From Balanoglossus misakiensis (taxonomy: Eukaryota; Animalia; Hemichordata): 64,000 nt of DNA. Shown here piece after piece: positions 44,505 to 57,100 of the stretch. The DNA is taken from assembly GCA_040954595.2 (NCBI GenBank), contig CM082583.2, positions 5,330,849-5,394,848 on the forward strand. Direction: 5' to 3'. Position numbers and translations under genes: made by a program. The notes beneath the pieces were generated by a model. It did no database searches and was not told the DNA's origin. It saw only the letters and a list, made by a program, of their open reading frames with translations. Each line of letters begins with the position of its first letter. Within the stretch, counting starts at the first letter, position 1.

Positions 44505-45306
44505 CTTGATGCTATATTCCCTATTGGATGACAAAAACGTAAACCTGATATTTACAGCCGAAAATGCCAACACGATTAATGCCTACCCTGTACTGTGGAC
44601 GTGAACACACACGCTGATGAACCGAACTACGCGCGCTTTTCGTCAATTGGCCGGAAATCCCTCAAGAATTCGGATGGTTTTATTGATCTTAGAGGGGGGT
44701 CCCTCTTAGGGGTCCCTGCAATTTATTGTGCAATTATTTTCTAAGTAATAATATAGCTATTTTTGAATTATTGCTGAAAACATATAAGGAATTATAGTTA
44801 CTTTTTGCAAAAGTGTGGATGTTCCTTGTAAAATATACCAATTTTTAATGGCTATAATAATTCATGCTCGTCCACCCCTACATTTAATATGATCGCGTCA
44901 GAAGAACTTTGACCTGGAATGAGACATTTCTGTAAAATTGCATATAACGTGTAAATTCGGGACGAGAATACTATAAAGTGGAGTGTTTTTAAATTCATAG
45001 GGTTATGCAATCGTGGTCAAGTGTTTGCAATATCTATTCTTCGTTAGTCTTCGTACATCTCCGCACATACGTCATTGCAACCGTTACTTCCGGTTTATCC
45101 ATTGTACATTTCCGGTGTTTCAATATTGTGCAATATTTCCCTATTTTACCGAGTGTACGACTGTATAAATGGCTTGACTCAGTTTTGCAACCCACACCCA
45201 TCACATACGGCGACGCGTTTGTGAGATTTTCTTGTGTTGTGTCTCCTGAACCTTGAAAAAATCGACGTGGCAGAATATTGCCAGACTGAGTCACATCTTG
45301 AAGAAA
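44505..45306. promoter_or_regulatory. Bidirectional promoter PCLAF / TRIP4
   Basis: ATGs diverge ~800 bp apart. GCGCGC, ATTGG (CCAAT) and CCGGAA at 44631-44656 on the PCLAF side; paired ETS sites ACTTCCGG / ATTTCCGG at ~45086-45115 on the TRIP4 side. Confidence 0.7.
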
Positions 45307-45398
45307 ATGTCTTCTGCTACTGCCCCGAATCTCGTAAAATGGTGCTGCGACGAGTTGAGCAAACTTCTGGCAGTTCAGACGCCGGACGACATTGTAAG
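45307..45398 (+). CDS. TRIP4: TRIP4 coding exon 1
   Basis: MSSATAPNLVKWCCDELSKLLAVQTPDDIV; donor GTACGT. Confidence 0.88.
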
Positions 45399-48300
45399 GT
45401 ACGTTGACACAACATTTCCAGCATAATGTGTTTTGAGTGTACTGTCTCCGTCAGTTGTATGTACTTAGAATTGTATATCCGAATACGGTAGCGAAAGCAG
45501 GAAGTACGAAATGTACATATCTGAAAGTGAAACCGAAATCTCTGTCTGTTGATGAGTGAAGACATCAATAACAAGACTGTGACCAGGAGAATGCGAGTTT
45601 GACATTCATTCATTCATATTCATTCATTCATTCATTCATTCATTCATTCATTCATTCATTCATTCATTCATTCATTCATTCATTCATTCATTCATTCATT
45701 CATAGCATTGTTTGAAGTATTCTTACATTCAGCCTATTCACATCTGTGGTATCAATTCATTCATTCTTGTTCACGATATCAGAGAATTTCCAGCAGGGAT
45801 TTTCATTGTTGCAGTGTATTGTCATGCAAGTAGAATTTTGGGGCTAAAAACAATCTTTTTCCCCCATTTTATACTTGAAACTAGATATTTTCTAGAAATT
45901 GATGATGCTACTGACCTGGAAGATTACATGCTGGATATTTTAGATGGTACAAACCCCAAACATAGAAACTTTATCGATGAACTTCTGCGGAGAACTAAAA
46001 ATGTACGAAGACAACCAGCTGTACCTGAAAATGTGCAAGTGTACAGAAAGACAGGCGATGATCATTCACACACAGGTGAAAGAACAAAATCAAAGAAAAC
46101 GAAAAATAAACCAGAGAAGCAAAAAATTGATCTGATGAAGATGCCTGTGTCAAGAATGCCAGGGGACCCACCTGTCAAGGTTAGTGCTCATTAAGAATGT
46201 TTTAATTAATGCCTGTTAATTGGTTCATTCATCTTTGCGTACTATGTGGGCCATTGCTACTGCCACTGAGAAAAAAACTTGCAGGTAAATACAGTGAAGT
46301 ACATTTCTGAGTGTCTCACTTTGCTAATTTTCAGAATTTACAATTGATGTGTTCAGACTGTTCATAGTTGCAGTTTTGTTGGCCACAAAATATATGCCTT
46401 TTGTCAGTGAAACCAGAGTTGACAATGACAAGTAACAAATTGCATGATATTGTCATCAGGATGAAGATTATCTTGGGAGTGCTGCTCCAGCCAGTCAGCC
46501 AGCGCCAGCCCAGCAAACCGTCACGAAGAAGAAACAAAAGTACCTTCCCTTGTACTCTCAAGAGGGCCAGGCCAAAAGCACTGTCCACATTCCAGGAAGG
46601 CATCCGTGTGAGTGCCAGGCACAGAAGCATGGACTGGTGAACAATTGCCTGAAGTGTGGGAGGGTTGTGTGCAATCAGGAGGGGTCAGGCCCATGCTTCT
46701 TCTGTGGTGCATTGGTATGTACTGTGCTGCCTTTTCTTCAGTTCTGAGAAAGAAGTACTTTACGTATGATGTCAAATCATCCCATTTTCATGAATATACT
46801 GAAATCACAGACTTCGATTCAACTCAGATATTCTCCTGCCCCCCCCCCCCCCCTCTCCAGGTATGCACACCTGAAGAGCAAGAAGTACTGGCCAGAAATT
46901 CTCACAAGAGTGAAAAGCTTCTGAAGAAACTGATGGGTGACCACCTCATCAGTGACAAGTATGGTGCCTCGGTCCAGGCAGAGTCGGCCAAAATGAAGGA
47001 GAATTTTCACCTGGCTGTACAACACAAGGACAAACTCATAGAGTATGACAGAAACAGGTATAATGGAAGAATGACGCTCTCAATCTCAAATTTTAATTTC
47101 TCACCTCTAAAGCATGTGTGTTATGAGTAAGTTGAAACCTGGGATTTTAACCCTTTCACCACCATTGTTTGGTCCACATCCATTGTTTTCTATGGTGAAG
47201 TTGGACCAGTATAGAGAGAAATGGTGTTGAGAGCGTTAAGTGAAGTAGCTATGAATAATACTAAGTTTGTTTACAATTTTATCTGACAGGTAATAATTCC
47301 TACAGCCTCAGTTGAAACTCTGTTGGTTTCTTGAATTCTTCATGCATGATCAGAGACGTTCATGAGTCTGGTTGTATCTACCTGCGATCGCGCATACCCT
47401 GCTTAAGTTGATGCCTGATTTTTCTTGTTTAATTCCAGTGTGCGAAGGACCCAAGTGATAGATGATGAATCTGATTACTTTGCAACCGACTCAAATCGAT
47501 GGTTATCCAAGAAGGAGAGAGAAAAGTTGAAGAAGCGAGAGGAGGAGCTGAGAGAACTTCGGCACGGATCGAGGAGGAACAGAAAAGTCACTTTGGACTT
47601 TGCTGGCAGACGAGTCCTGGAGGATGATGAAGCTGTTCATATGTATGACAGGTGACCAGTGTTTAAGGCATTGTTTGGTAGCTACAACCATAAAATCTGT
47701 GTTAGAAGATGATGCGTGGCTTAGGAAATTTCGGAGATTTCCCTTAGTCAATTCTGTGGTATCCACATGCAGTGTTTAGTGGCCACTTTTGACAATTATA
47801 ATTTATAGCGACACAAAGATTGCTTTGATTGAAAGTTTCCAAGCGAGGTTGTGAGGATTAGTTTGGATCTGACTTAATTAGAAATTTTGTGTTTGCAGTT
47901 ATTTAATCACAGAATGGTTTAGACTTTTGTGTGTATTGTAAACCAAATTTGAAGTCTCAGTTTTTCAGTTAAATAGCTCACATTACATTCCTGTTTATCT
48001 TTCTGTCTGATAGGAATGATGCTGTGGTCCAAGCTGTTAATTTTGGAACTGAATCCAGCCAAGCTGGGGAAAAGCCCCATCATGACAACGCTGAATTTAC
48101 ACTTATCAACCCCAGCATCTCACAGCATGCACCAAAGGTAAGATCCCTGTCTCATACCCTGTGCAGAAACTCTAATGTTTAATGTTGATTTTTTGTATAT
48201 TTGAGCCCAGATGAAAATTACTCTTTTGAGTTGAACAGTTAATAAGAATTTTTTTCCATACAGTCGAACCTGTCTATAGTGGCCAGTCAAGGGTCTTTCC

Positions 48301-50477
48301 TAAACTGGCCTTTATAGACCAGTGGCTTTTATATAGAGGTTAATTAATGCACACGTGAATTGCTCAGGGACTGTAACAAAGTGGCCACTATCTGGGTGAC
48401 CACTATATAAGGGTGGCCACTAACAGAGGTTTGACTGTACTGTTTTCAAACCTACAACGTTCTCCACAAATTAGACAAACTCTGTCTGATCTCCAGCAGC
48501 AGTTGTATAACTTTGACAACTTTCATTTAATGCATTAGTTTATTGACGACAAGAAATCCTCAAGACAGACAAGAACTGGAAGGTCTTCACCACCGCTGTC
48601 TGAATCGGCCAGGAACAGAGGAGCGCTCCGCATTCAGGACAGGGAACTGATGGAAATGTCGGACGAAGGCATGGCATTGAGTATGCACCAACCGTGGGCG
48701 TCATTACTCACGAACGGAATTAAGATGTAAGTGATGGGAAGGTGGGCAGAAGTGGAGGGAGGGGGTGAAACACGCACAGGTTGGCAGGCTAGGCTAAGGA
48801 GAGAGGGAGGAGGCTACAGACACAGGCAGACAAACAAACAAGCAGAGAGAAGGACACACATTTTATGAAATAGATATTGAAATGCACAAAACTGATCTTG
48901 TGTCAAAGTTTATTGTGATGTACACCAACCAGAAATGTGTTTTTATTTCAATGGTAGACACGAAGGCCGGACATGGTACAGTTCACACCGCGGCAGGCTT
49001 TGGATAACGGCGGCTGCCAAGCAGCCTACAAAACAAGAAATCATGGAATTGGAGCAAATACACAGAGCAATGCATCCAGGTAAAGTGTATTCATTTACAG
49101 TTTGCACTGATTTGTTCAGGCCAGGCCTTGTCTTTTCATTCCTAAAGTGATCTCCTAATAGGACAGACTTCAGGTGCTGGTTTACGATGATGGTAGCTTC
49201 TGAACATGGTGGCAACCAGCAATCCAAAACAGTTGAAAGCAAACGGTATTGAGTGGCTGCATTTTATGTCATCACAGGTGAAGTGACATTCCCTGAGCAG
49301 TATCCAGTCAGCTGTCTACTTGGATGTGTTGATGTGGTGGATTGTCTTTCGCAGGAGCAGTACAGAGAACAGGTAATGATGAACAGGAAAAATGCTGTGG
49401 AAATGTGTGCAATGGCGCCCTCAGTGGCCAGCATATCAGATTCTGTCTTTTCAGTAAGCAAAAAACAGCATGCATGCTCAACGGAAACAAAGGTGTCTAA
49501 TGTCCTTAACATCTGTTGTTTATTTAATTTTATTGCTAACATTACAAATATCTTATTCACAAGTTCCGTTGGCAATGCATCCCCTATCGTTTTGAAGTGC
49601 CCTGGATATAAACATTTGTATAGGGTCACATCAACATGTTTATGCCTACTCTGGCATTTCATGATAAGAGCAGAGTATATTTTGACTCAGACTCTGAGAT
49701 ACAGAGTGTAACAAAAAAATTAATGTGACAAAGCTGCAAAAGTGCTGAGAAAACAAAATACCAGAGGGTAGTTAGTGAAATTTATTACATGTAATGTAAG
49801 CCACCCTGTTTACCGATCACCCCCCCCCCCCCTTCAGCTGCATGGATTGTGTCACACCTGTATAGTGGTGATAGTATGTAATTTTTTCTGTTCATCATCC
49901 TCTTCTCCTTGTCTTTGCTGACAGTTCCCAGGTGGCGAGTCATCCTCCCCTTATGTTTTTATTTGTGAAAATCCCCAAGAATTAGTCGTCAAGTTTCCAA
50001 TCAAAGGCCAGCACAAAATATGTAAGTATCGCACACTAAACAGTTTATGTATGACATTGATAAGCGTGGTGATTTTGTTTTACACTGTAATCCAATATGG
50101 TAGATGAGTTGTCAAATTAAATCATACTTGGTTACAAGTTTTCCCCTATGTCTTGAATGTCGAATATCTTCTTGAACGGAAGAATTGTAATAGCGCCATC
50201 TTGTGGTTCAAATTATAAAGTCTTTAAGAGATGTCCAGACAATGGGAGAGAGAAAGGGTTGATGATGTTTTGTGTGGGCCGTGCAAACATTACAGCTGTC
50301 AACTCATTTGTATCCATTTAGTTTCTATGTAGTAGATGTTGCATTGTTAGCGATAACAAAACGCTTGACAGTAAGGCCCTCACGTCTTTTTTGTGTTACG
50401 CCTGTTTTTTTATTTCAATAGGGAAGCTGGACCCGCACATACACCAGGCAGCGAAGAAAGGACTGCGGAGGAAATGA
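45307..50477 (+). CDS. TRIP4: Activating signal cointegrator 1 (ASC-1), complete, 11 exons, 1734 nt / 577 aa
   Basis: Exons 45307-45398, 45885-46179, 46460-46714, 46861-47057, 47439-47651, 48014-48137, 48539-48726, 48958-49079, 49278-49372, 49925-50021, 50422-50477, all phases consistent. C2HC5 zinc finger (GRHPCECQAQKHGLVNNCLKCGRVVCNQEGSGPCFFCG), RRTQVIDDESDYF, ASCH domain (LSMHQPWASLL..GIK.HEGRTWY..HRGRLWI...KGQHKIWKL). Confidence 0.97.
45603..45703. repeat. (CATT)n microsatellite, ~25 units, in TRIP4 intron 1
   Basis: Directly visible, one interruption. Confidence 0.97.
45885..46179 (+). CDS. TRIP4: TRIP4 coding exon 2
   Basis: YFLEIDDATDLEDYMLDILDG...PGDPPVK; donor GTTAGT. Confidence 0.88.
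46460..46714 (+). CDS. TRIP4: TRIP4 coding exon 3 (zinc finger)
   Basis: DEDYLG...KKKQKYLPLYSQEG...GRHPCEC...PCFFCGAL. Confidence 0.93.
46861..47057 (+). CDS. TRIP4: TRIP4 coding exon 4
   Basis: VCTPEEQEVLARNSHKSEKLLKKLM...AVQHKDKLIEYDRN. Confidence 0.94.
47147..47239. mobile_element. ~90-bp TTAA-flanked mini-element (piggyBac-like ends)
   Basis: TTAA-CCCTTTCACCACCAT...ATGGTGTTGAGAGCG-TTAA; same family as 21374-21463. Confidence 0.65.
47439..47651 (+). CDS. TRIP4: TRIP4 coding exon 5
   Basis: VRRTQVIDDESDYFATDSNRWLS...KVTLDFAGRRVLE. Confidence 0.94.
48014..48137 (+). CDS. TRIP4: TRIP4 coding exon 6
   Basis: NDAVVQAVNFG...LINPSISQHAPK; TAG / GTAAGA. Confidence 0.87.
48261..48437. mobile_element. 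pogo/Tc1-mariner-type MITE, 177 bp
   Basis: TIRs CAGTCGAACCTGTCTATAGTGGCCA / TGGCCACTAACAGAGGTTTGACTG, TA duplicated at both ends. Confidence 0.88.
48539..48726 (+). CDS. TRIP4: TRIP4 coding exon 7
   Basis: FIDDKK...LRIQDRELMEMSDEGMALSMHQPWASLLTNGIK. Confidence 0.92.
48958..49079 (+). CDS. TRIP4: TRIP4 coding exon 8
   Basis: HEGRTWYSSHRGRLWITAAAKQPTKQEI...HP. Confidence 0.93.
49278..49372 (+). CDS. TRIP4: TRIP4 coding exon 9
   Basis: EVTFPEQYPVSCLLGCVDVVDCLSQEQYREQ. Confidence 0.94.
49925..50021 (+). CDS. TRIP4: TRIP4 coding exon 10
   Basis: FPGGESSSPYVFICENPQELVVKFPIKGQHKI. Confidence 0.94.
50422..50477 (+). CDS. TRIP4: TRIP4 last coding exon
   Basis: WKLDPHIHQAAKKGLRRK-TGA. Confidence 0.93.
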
Positions 50478-50795
50478 AGAGGAGATGGTCGCACGCAGCA
50501 AAATATAAAGTGATAAAATGAGAAGAATAAGAAAAAAAACGGCGATGGAAACGTGACAGCTTGATAAGATATTTGCATGCCCCGGGCATTGCAGGTAGAC
50601 GATGAAGGCTATTACCGGTGGGAACGCCACGGCTAGTTGGGATATCGGTTCGCTGTGGGGACTTCTACAGATTTCTGTCCAATGTGATCGTGCCACACCA
50701 GACTGAGACAAAATCTACCCGGATGGCAGTAAATTTTGCGGCAACACCATTACATTGACGGTTGTCAGTGGTACCGTACTGCAGTGCTCTATCAA

Positions 50796-50801
50796 AATAA
50801 A
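50796..50801 (+). terminator. Candidate polyadenylation signal of TRIP4
   Basis: First AATAAA ~320 nt after the stop; a second lies at ~50919. Confidence 0.5.
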
Positions 50802-53800
50802 AGATTAGATGGAGCCCTACTCTTACAGACCCCCCCCCCCTCCCCAGTACATCCACACTTTTGCCACACAAAAGGTCTGACAAAAAAAAGAGGGGCCTTG
50901 GTTTTCTTGGTGAAAAAAAATAAATTTAATAATCATATAGCCGGAATGGGAGGTAGTTTTAATAGTGTATTCCGACATCATTGTTCGCACGGAGAACGCA
51001 CGCACAGGAGGCTTCTGTTGCCATGTGGACCACAATGGGTTTTTCTCCCACAGCCCACCATCAGTGCATTGCTGACTGCAGTCGCATTGCCATTGTTTGT
51101 CGTGTGGACACTGCCATAGACAACCCCCCGTGACTGCCAGTTTGTGTCTCCCAGCCTACCAGCAGATGTTGCACTGTAGAAAGAAAAAAGAAAGCAGGAA
51201 ACCCACACCATCGGGAAAATCGGGAACCCCCCCCCCCCCCCCCCCCATCAGCTCTCATGCATTTCGCGTCAGCTTTGAAATGATCAGTATGCACAGACGA
51301 CACTTTTTTTTATGACGTGAATCATTATTTATCATCTCTATCTGCCGTTCTGTTCTGAGTAAAGACAGACGGCAAAATTTGAAATCTGTTTCCTTGGCGT
51401 CAGTCGTATTTGTTGAATGTTATTTTTTGAATCAGCGTAGATCGTTTCCCTCCAAAATCTCAACACCGCATGCATTTTTTATCACTGCAACTGTCAGCTT
51501 TATATAATTTGATTACCGCCAATCGCAAATTTGCGTAGAATACTTAATTTTGCTACGTTGTTTCCAATGGGGTTGTGTTACCCCAATGGTGGTTGGTTGT
51601 TACTGTCATGATTACGTGCGCACACAGACCACAGCTGTGGGATTAGCGTCTGCCTCAAATTTCTGGGAGAGAATAATATGTAATTTTTTTTCTAGAATTA
51701 ATACCCTCAACTGGGCAATTTTATACATGCTCAGGATTTCATTTTTTTTCCTGAAATTCAGAGAAATTTAAACGGTGAATCAAAGGCCGGCAACTTGACT
51801 TGTACTGAGGGACCGGCCGTACAATGCCAGAGTCGCCCTGTTGAGGGTTTAATCTGATGATAATCACATGCTTCACTCCTTAATGAAAGTTGATGGATTC
51901 TGGGGATATGCACTACAGTCAGCCTTTCGTTCAAATTGTGATAAAGTTCTCCCTAAAGATTTTCAGAAAATCCACCTCTGAGCGGGCGTGTAGTCAGACG
52001 ACGACAGCAAAGCCGGTTTTCAAATCCATTTGCTTTCTACCTCTGCAAACTGTAAGCGCTTCCGAGTATTAACCCATCATCTTTTTTTTATTTCTGCCTA
52101 TACTGTGTGAAATGGGAATTTCCTGACTGATCTATCAGAGAACAGTTTGTCTTGCTCTCAAAACCCATGCAGCTATACAAGATGGCACGAACGTTATCAA
52201 CAATCCTCCGTTCCCAGAACTGAACGCACAAAACAACCACGGCAGAATCCTCTGAATTTTGAGTGAAATCCACCCGACAATGGGGGGATTTCCACTTAGC
52301 AATCTGCCTGGGTTTATTGAGCGCGAGCGAACAAAATTTTAGACTTCCAAGGGTCAAAGGTCACCATTAATAGTCACTGTGCCTCCCAGCTCTGTGCATT
52401 CAGTTGGGTCCAGATTAAAGCTTACTGTTCCAAGTACGGTTTTAGATCACCGCGTGAAGCCACGCTCGCAGTGACAGTTTTCTGTCAGAAATTGTACATT
52501 TGCGATCGTTGTTGACAGGAAAAGAAATTCCTGTCGGGTGAAGCAATTTATAGTGATGTTGTTTTAGAGTCGTAAAGAGGACTGGAACCGTTAAGGTTAA
52601 TAGAAAGACATCAGACACAGAATACCAAGTGTTTGATCATGTTGGATAGTTCATATGTAATCCTGGTCACACACTTTTTCACACCACTGTATAACACCAG
52701 AAACATTCAATGGGGTAGTTGCTTTATTTCAGGCCTGCAGCTCTGACGACAGATGAACGTTTTATTTTTGTTGACGTTTTATGGCAAAGAAAGAAAAACA
52801 ACAAAAGCACAAAGGACATGCAAGCCAGGCATTTTGCTTGCACGCCAGGTGTAATAGTGGGGGTTTTTTTTCAGTATAGAACGAGGTCTGGCATGGTTAC
52901 CGGATACCGCCAAGTATAATGTTGCAAGAAACGGCAGAAAGCCAGATTATCACACCCCAGTCTCGTGATCAGAAGAAAAAACACCAAAACCTGTTCTGTT
53001 TTGCGTTCAGATGGCAGTCTGTTTAATTCTGCAATTTTTTTGTCTGTAGCCTGTGAGGCAGAATTCAGCCTTGTTCTGGAGCAAAACGTTCAGCTTGTAA
53101 AATTGGCATCAGTCTTACCATTGTGTATAAATCTGCAGTGAAACCCAAACAAAGCCAGCGGAGCCCACCAAAACAGCTGCAACCTGAGGACAATGTTTCC
53201 CACCAGACAAAAATAAACACCACTGAAGCTATAGATATATACTGGCAATACCAGGACCAGTCGCATATACAGCAACTGTTCCCAGCGTTTAAATGTGTGT
53301 GTGTGTTTTAATGTGTAAATATTAATTGTAGACCATTCTCAAGGGAAAAGCGGTGTTTTGAGAACACCCGAAGCTGATGTCGTGGTGTGTGTACGCGTAA
53401 TGTGTCCAATCAAAGCCACTCCACTCGCCCTGCTTCTGATAAGCAAAATAAAAACGACTGCACGGTGCCTCAATTAGCAGCAGGTTTCAGTTACTGGACT
53501 GGAACCCAAGTGGAACTCGTCTATGCGTGAAGTTCAAATGTCATGTAGACTTTTTACGTACATAACTGGTTAATTACGTGGAAAAAAATACAATTATTTC
53601 GTCCCATCTACTCCAGAGCAGTCACGTCTGAATCAAATATGGTTGGAAATTTTTATTTAAAAAAAATAAATGGCGTGAACATCTGTTAAATATATTCGAA
53701 GTGTTTGTGAGTATTCTGAGTGAGTGCCCTATCATCCGATCAGCACTGCTTTTTGAAGACCGGGGCAAATAACCTTGACTCCTGGCTGTGCAATTTACAG

Positions 53801-53938
53801 CACCGTGTCCTTGATCAGACGTAGACTGTTGACAGCTGCTGTGAATTAAAAGCGGCTTGAATAAACTGACTGCACGAGAAATTTCAAGTCAATCTGCTAT
53901 ATCCTTCAATGAAATCAAGTTATTGTGTTTTCTTCCTA

Positions 53939-54154
53939 TTAAAGGGACAGTGGCTGTTTGCTTGAATTCGGTTTTTCGCACAATGGCGATGCTGGCTGTA
54001 ACGCGCGTGTTCGGGGGCTGTGTGGGGTAACCTTAAAACTGGGCATTTCATAATACTGTGGGGAATTTAATGAAGAAACTGCAGCGGACAATAATACATA
54101 TATAGGGGGAAAGTATGAATAGCTAAAAATTACAGCTAGCTACTGGGGCTTTAA
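53939..54154. mobile_element. TTAA-flanked MITE with imperfect short TIRs (Kolobok-like)
   Basis: TTAA-AGGGACAGTGGCTG ... AGCTACTGGGGCT-TTAA. Confidence 0.5.
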
Positions 54155-57100
54155 ATATAGAATGTTGGAGTATGTCATTAAAGACGTAATTCAAATTTGT
54201 GACAGTTTGTAGTAATTTTAAAGATTCTCCGACTTGGATTAATAGATTTTTTCATTCTCTTACTTTTTGACCATGCACGTACTTAGCATACAAAATATAT
54301 GTATTCTTCTCAGTGAGCTCTTTATTTTATTGATTTTTTATGATTGTCCTTCCTTGTCAAAGCTATAAACATATTCTGGCTGACTTTAATAATTACATCT
54401 CTACACTACGAACAAAAACAGAAATAAAGGTGATTGTTTTGAGTCGCTAATGTTCTTCGACGAGAGACTGGAATATAACACAGACGAATCAGAGAACAGT
54501 GTATAATTGAATTTATGTGTCAGGGCCCGACCTCTCTTCTGTTGGCAGGAATAAAATGGCATCTTACTGATAAATCATCGGATGCCGATAATAAGCAGTT
54601 CTCGGCATCCTAGCTTCGCCGCTTCTGAAATGTAATGTCAGTCAGAAGGCTGATCTTTATGATGGTCCTTCTGAGCTATTTGTATCTGTCACAAATCCCT
54701 CCCCCCCCCCCCTCACCTCCAACCGACAGATGATCAAAACAGAGTACATGTATAGTCAGTGTGTGATTCAACAACACACATACATAAACCTGTGTTCGGT
54801 GTGACATACCCATTTGTACATTGCTATCAATCACTATCAATTTTTCGTAATGGGAATAACTCAATAAGAATGTGTGTAATCAAATAAATTACTGAGAGAT
54901 GGAGAGAGAGAGCTTGGAAATGAAAATATTGAAAACAGACTGGCCTGCTTTGGATGATTTTCCCAGTCGATCAAAAACCAAGAGTTAAAATAGACCATGT
55001 TATTTCCAACCTATTGCATTTTGTAGAGATTAAATAGTGCTAGTACTTTATTGTGGCATTGTCAATTTTGCATATTTTCCATGTCCTCAGATGCATTTGT
55101 TTTATCTCCTAATTTCATATTTATTAGCAGAAACAACTGGCATCTCATTAAGATGTACCCCCCTCCTGGTATATTTATATAGCATTGTTGACATGTTTCT
55201 TAATTGTTCTGCAGAAAATTGCATTGGCTTGATCTGCATCCCTTCATTTGTAGTTTTTCATTCAGACCAGTTTAATGCACAATGAAACATTTTGTTATTC
55301 TTGGAAAGGATAGTTTCAACCCAGTATTCCGCTGAAAGCCACCATTCATCATTTGTGGCACGTGACTTGTCATTTTTTGCACCGGTGAATGCAAATAGCA
55401 CACTCGCGGGTGGCATGCTATGCATGCATGTACCTGCAAAACTCTTTCCTCGCCCAGGCTGTAAATTTAGAAAAATTATTTTCCAGGCATGCCTATAAAT
55501 GTACACACATTGTGAAGTCTATGGAATGTGAAATAAGATGCTGTATACTTCATAGTTGAATTGACTTTTAGACAAAAAATTTAACAGATTAATGAATTTT
55601 TGCCACAGGCAGATATCATGTTGCATTGTTACTAAGACCAACGTGCGCAAGCTCTGTTGTCTGACTCTGAAAAAAATGAAAGCCTCCAATACCATTTATT
55701 ATTTTATGCAACATAGTTCAAGGCAGAATTTTCCCACTTAATTCAATAGTAAACATTTTCTGTTTGTAATTTTATTAAAATTCAATAGCTAAGTTGGATG
55801 AATTTCCCTTATTAAACTGTCAGAGTATTTATAGTGATGAAATAATTATGAAACCAGGGGAAAGGTTTCTGTTTATAGCCAATAATATCAAAATAAAAAT
55901 TTTATCGGATCATTGCAGATCTGTAGGACGTGATAAATACCTAATATCTGTGATTATAAGTTTTTAAATTTTAATGGCAATGCTCAAAACTGTAAGATGT
56001 GGGTAGATTAATAATTTGTATGATGTTTTCCAGGTTACAAAATATAAGCAGAAAAAGGATAAAGTTAGATTTTCAACCGAAAACAATGTTCTAAGTCAGT
56101 TACTAAATTCTCTTTTTTTGATATGGCTGCATTTAGGCAGTTGTCAAAATGCCAGATTCTGTCCGACACTGGTGTTTGTAATGCAGGGTCTCCATAAAAC
56201 ACGACACATTGAAAATTAATCACATTCTTGAAGGTTTTGGGGCCAGAAATCATAACATTTGGTCATTATTCTCTGAATGCAAGATTATGTCTCACGCATG
56301 CCTAATCCCAACGTTTCTTGAAATTTTAAGAGAATGAATAAAATGGAGATTTATTATATTTTATGACTGAAATAATTGTGATCATTGGAATGTAGATAGT
56401 AAATTGTGGTCCTGTTTACGCCAACGGATATGAGCTGAACAAATTGAAAAAATAAATGCAGCAGAGAGACAAATCAAAGACGGAAAAATGCAGCTAGCTG
56501 TCAATCAAACACGACTTCTTTCTCTGTAAATGTTTTCCCGCCAAAATTTATGTCTATGGAAATTAAGTTGACTCTTCCCTTTCCCGCCAAAATGTTTTAC
56601 TAAAACGACCTTCCAATAGCCTTCTTTCAAAATAATGTAAGAAAATTTTTAGAAAATATATGAAATTAATTCTATCAATTTTTTTTTTAATGTTTTTCTT
56701 CTAAAAGCTACTCTTTCTGAATTTAGACCTTTTTTCTGTCTGTATATTTTTGAGCAGAAATGGTGAGAAAAGATCCAGAATTTCACCATAAAGGTGATAT
56801 TTTTCTCTCACGTACTGCACACCTCATCACATTCAATGTGTAGGACAAATTCTCACATTAACTGGGAAATATTAAACACAGTGGCATGATGAATAAATAG
56901 CAGGTTGTTGGAAGTGGCTGTAGATGGAAGGCATAATAGATTAAGTATTAAAAGTAATTCGCCCAGCAATATGGACAATGGCCTATTTATTGGCTCTAAC
57001 TCAAATCCAGTCGGATGAAAATGGAATAATTGAAGACGACCATATGAAATGTGATTATCAATTGTAATTTGTGAATTAGTAATGAGCTGAGCGGCCTGAT

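Noticed and set aside
45603-45703. Regular repeat that could be mistaken for an array
   Set aside because: Simple (CATT)n microsatellite with no spacers; no CRISPR-like array seen anywhere in this eukaryotic window.
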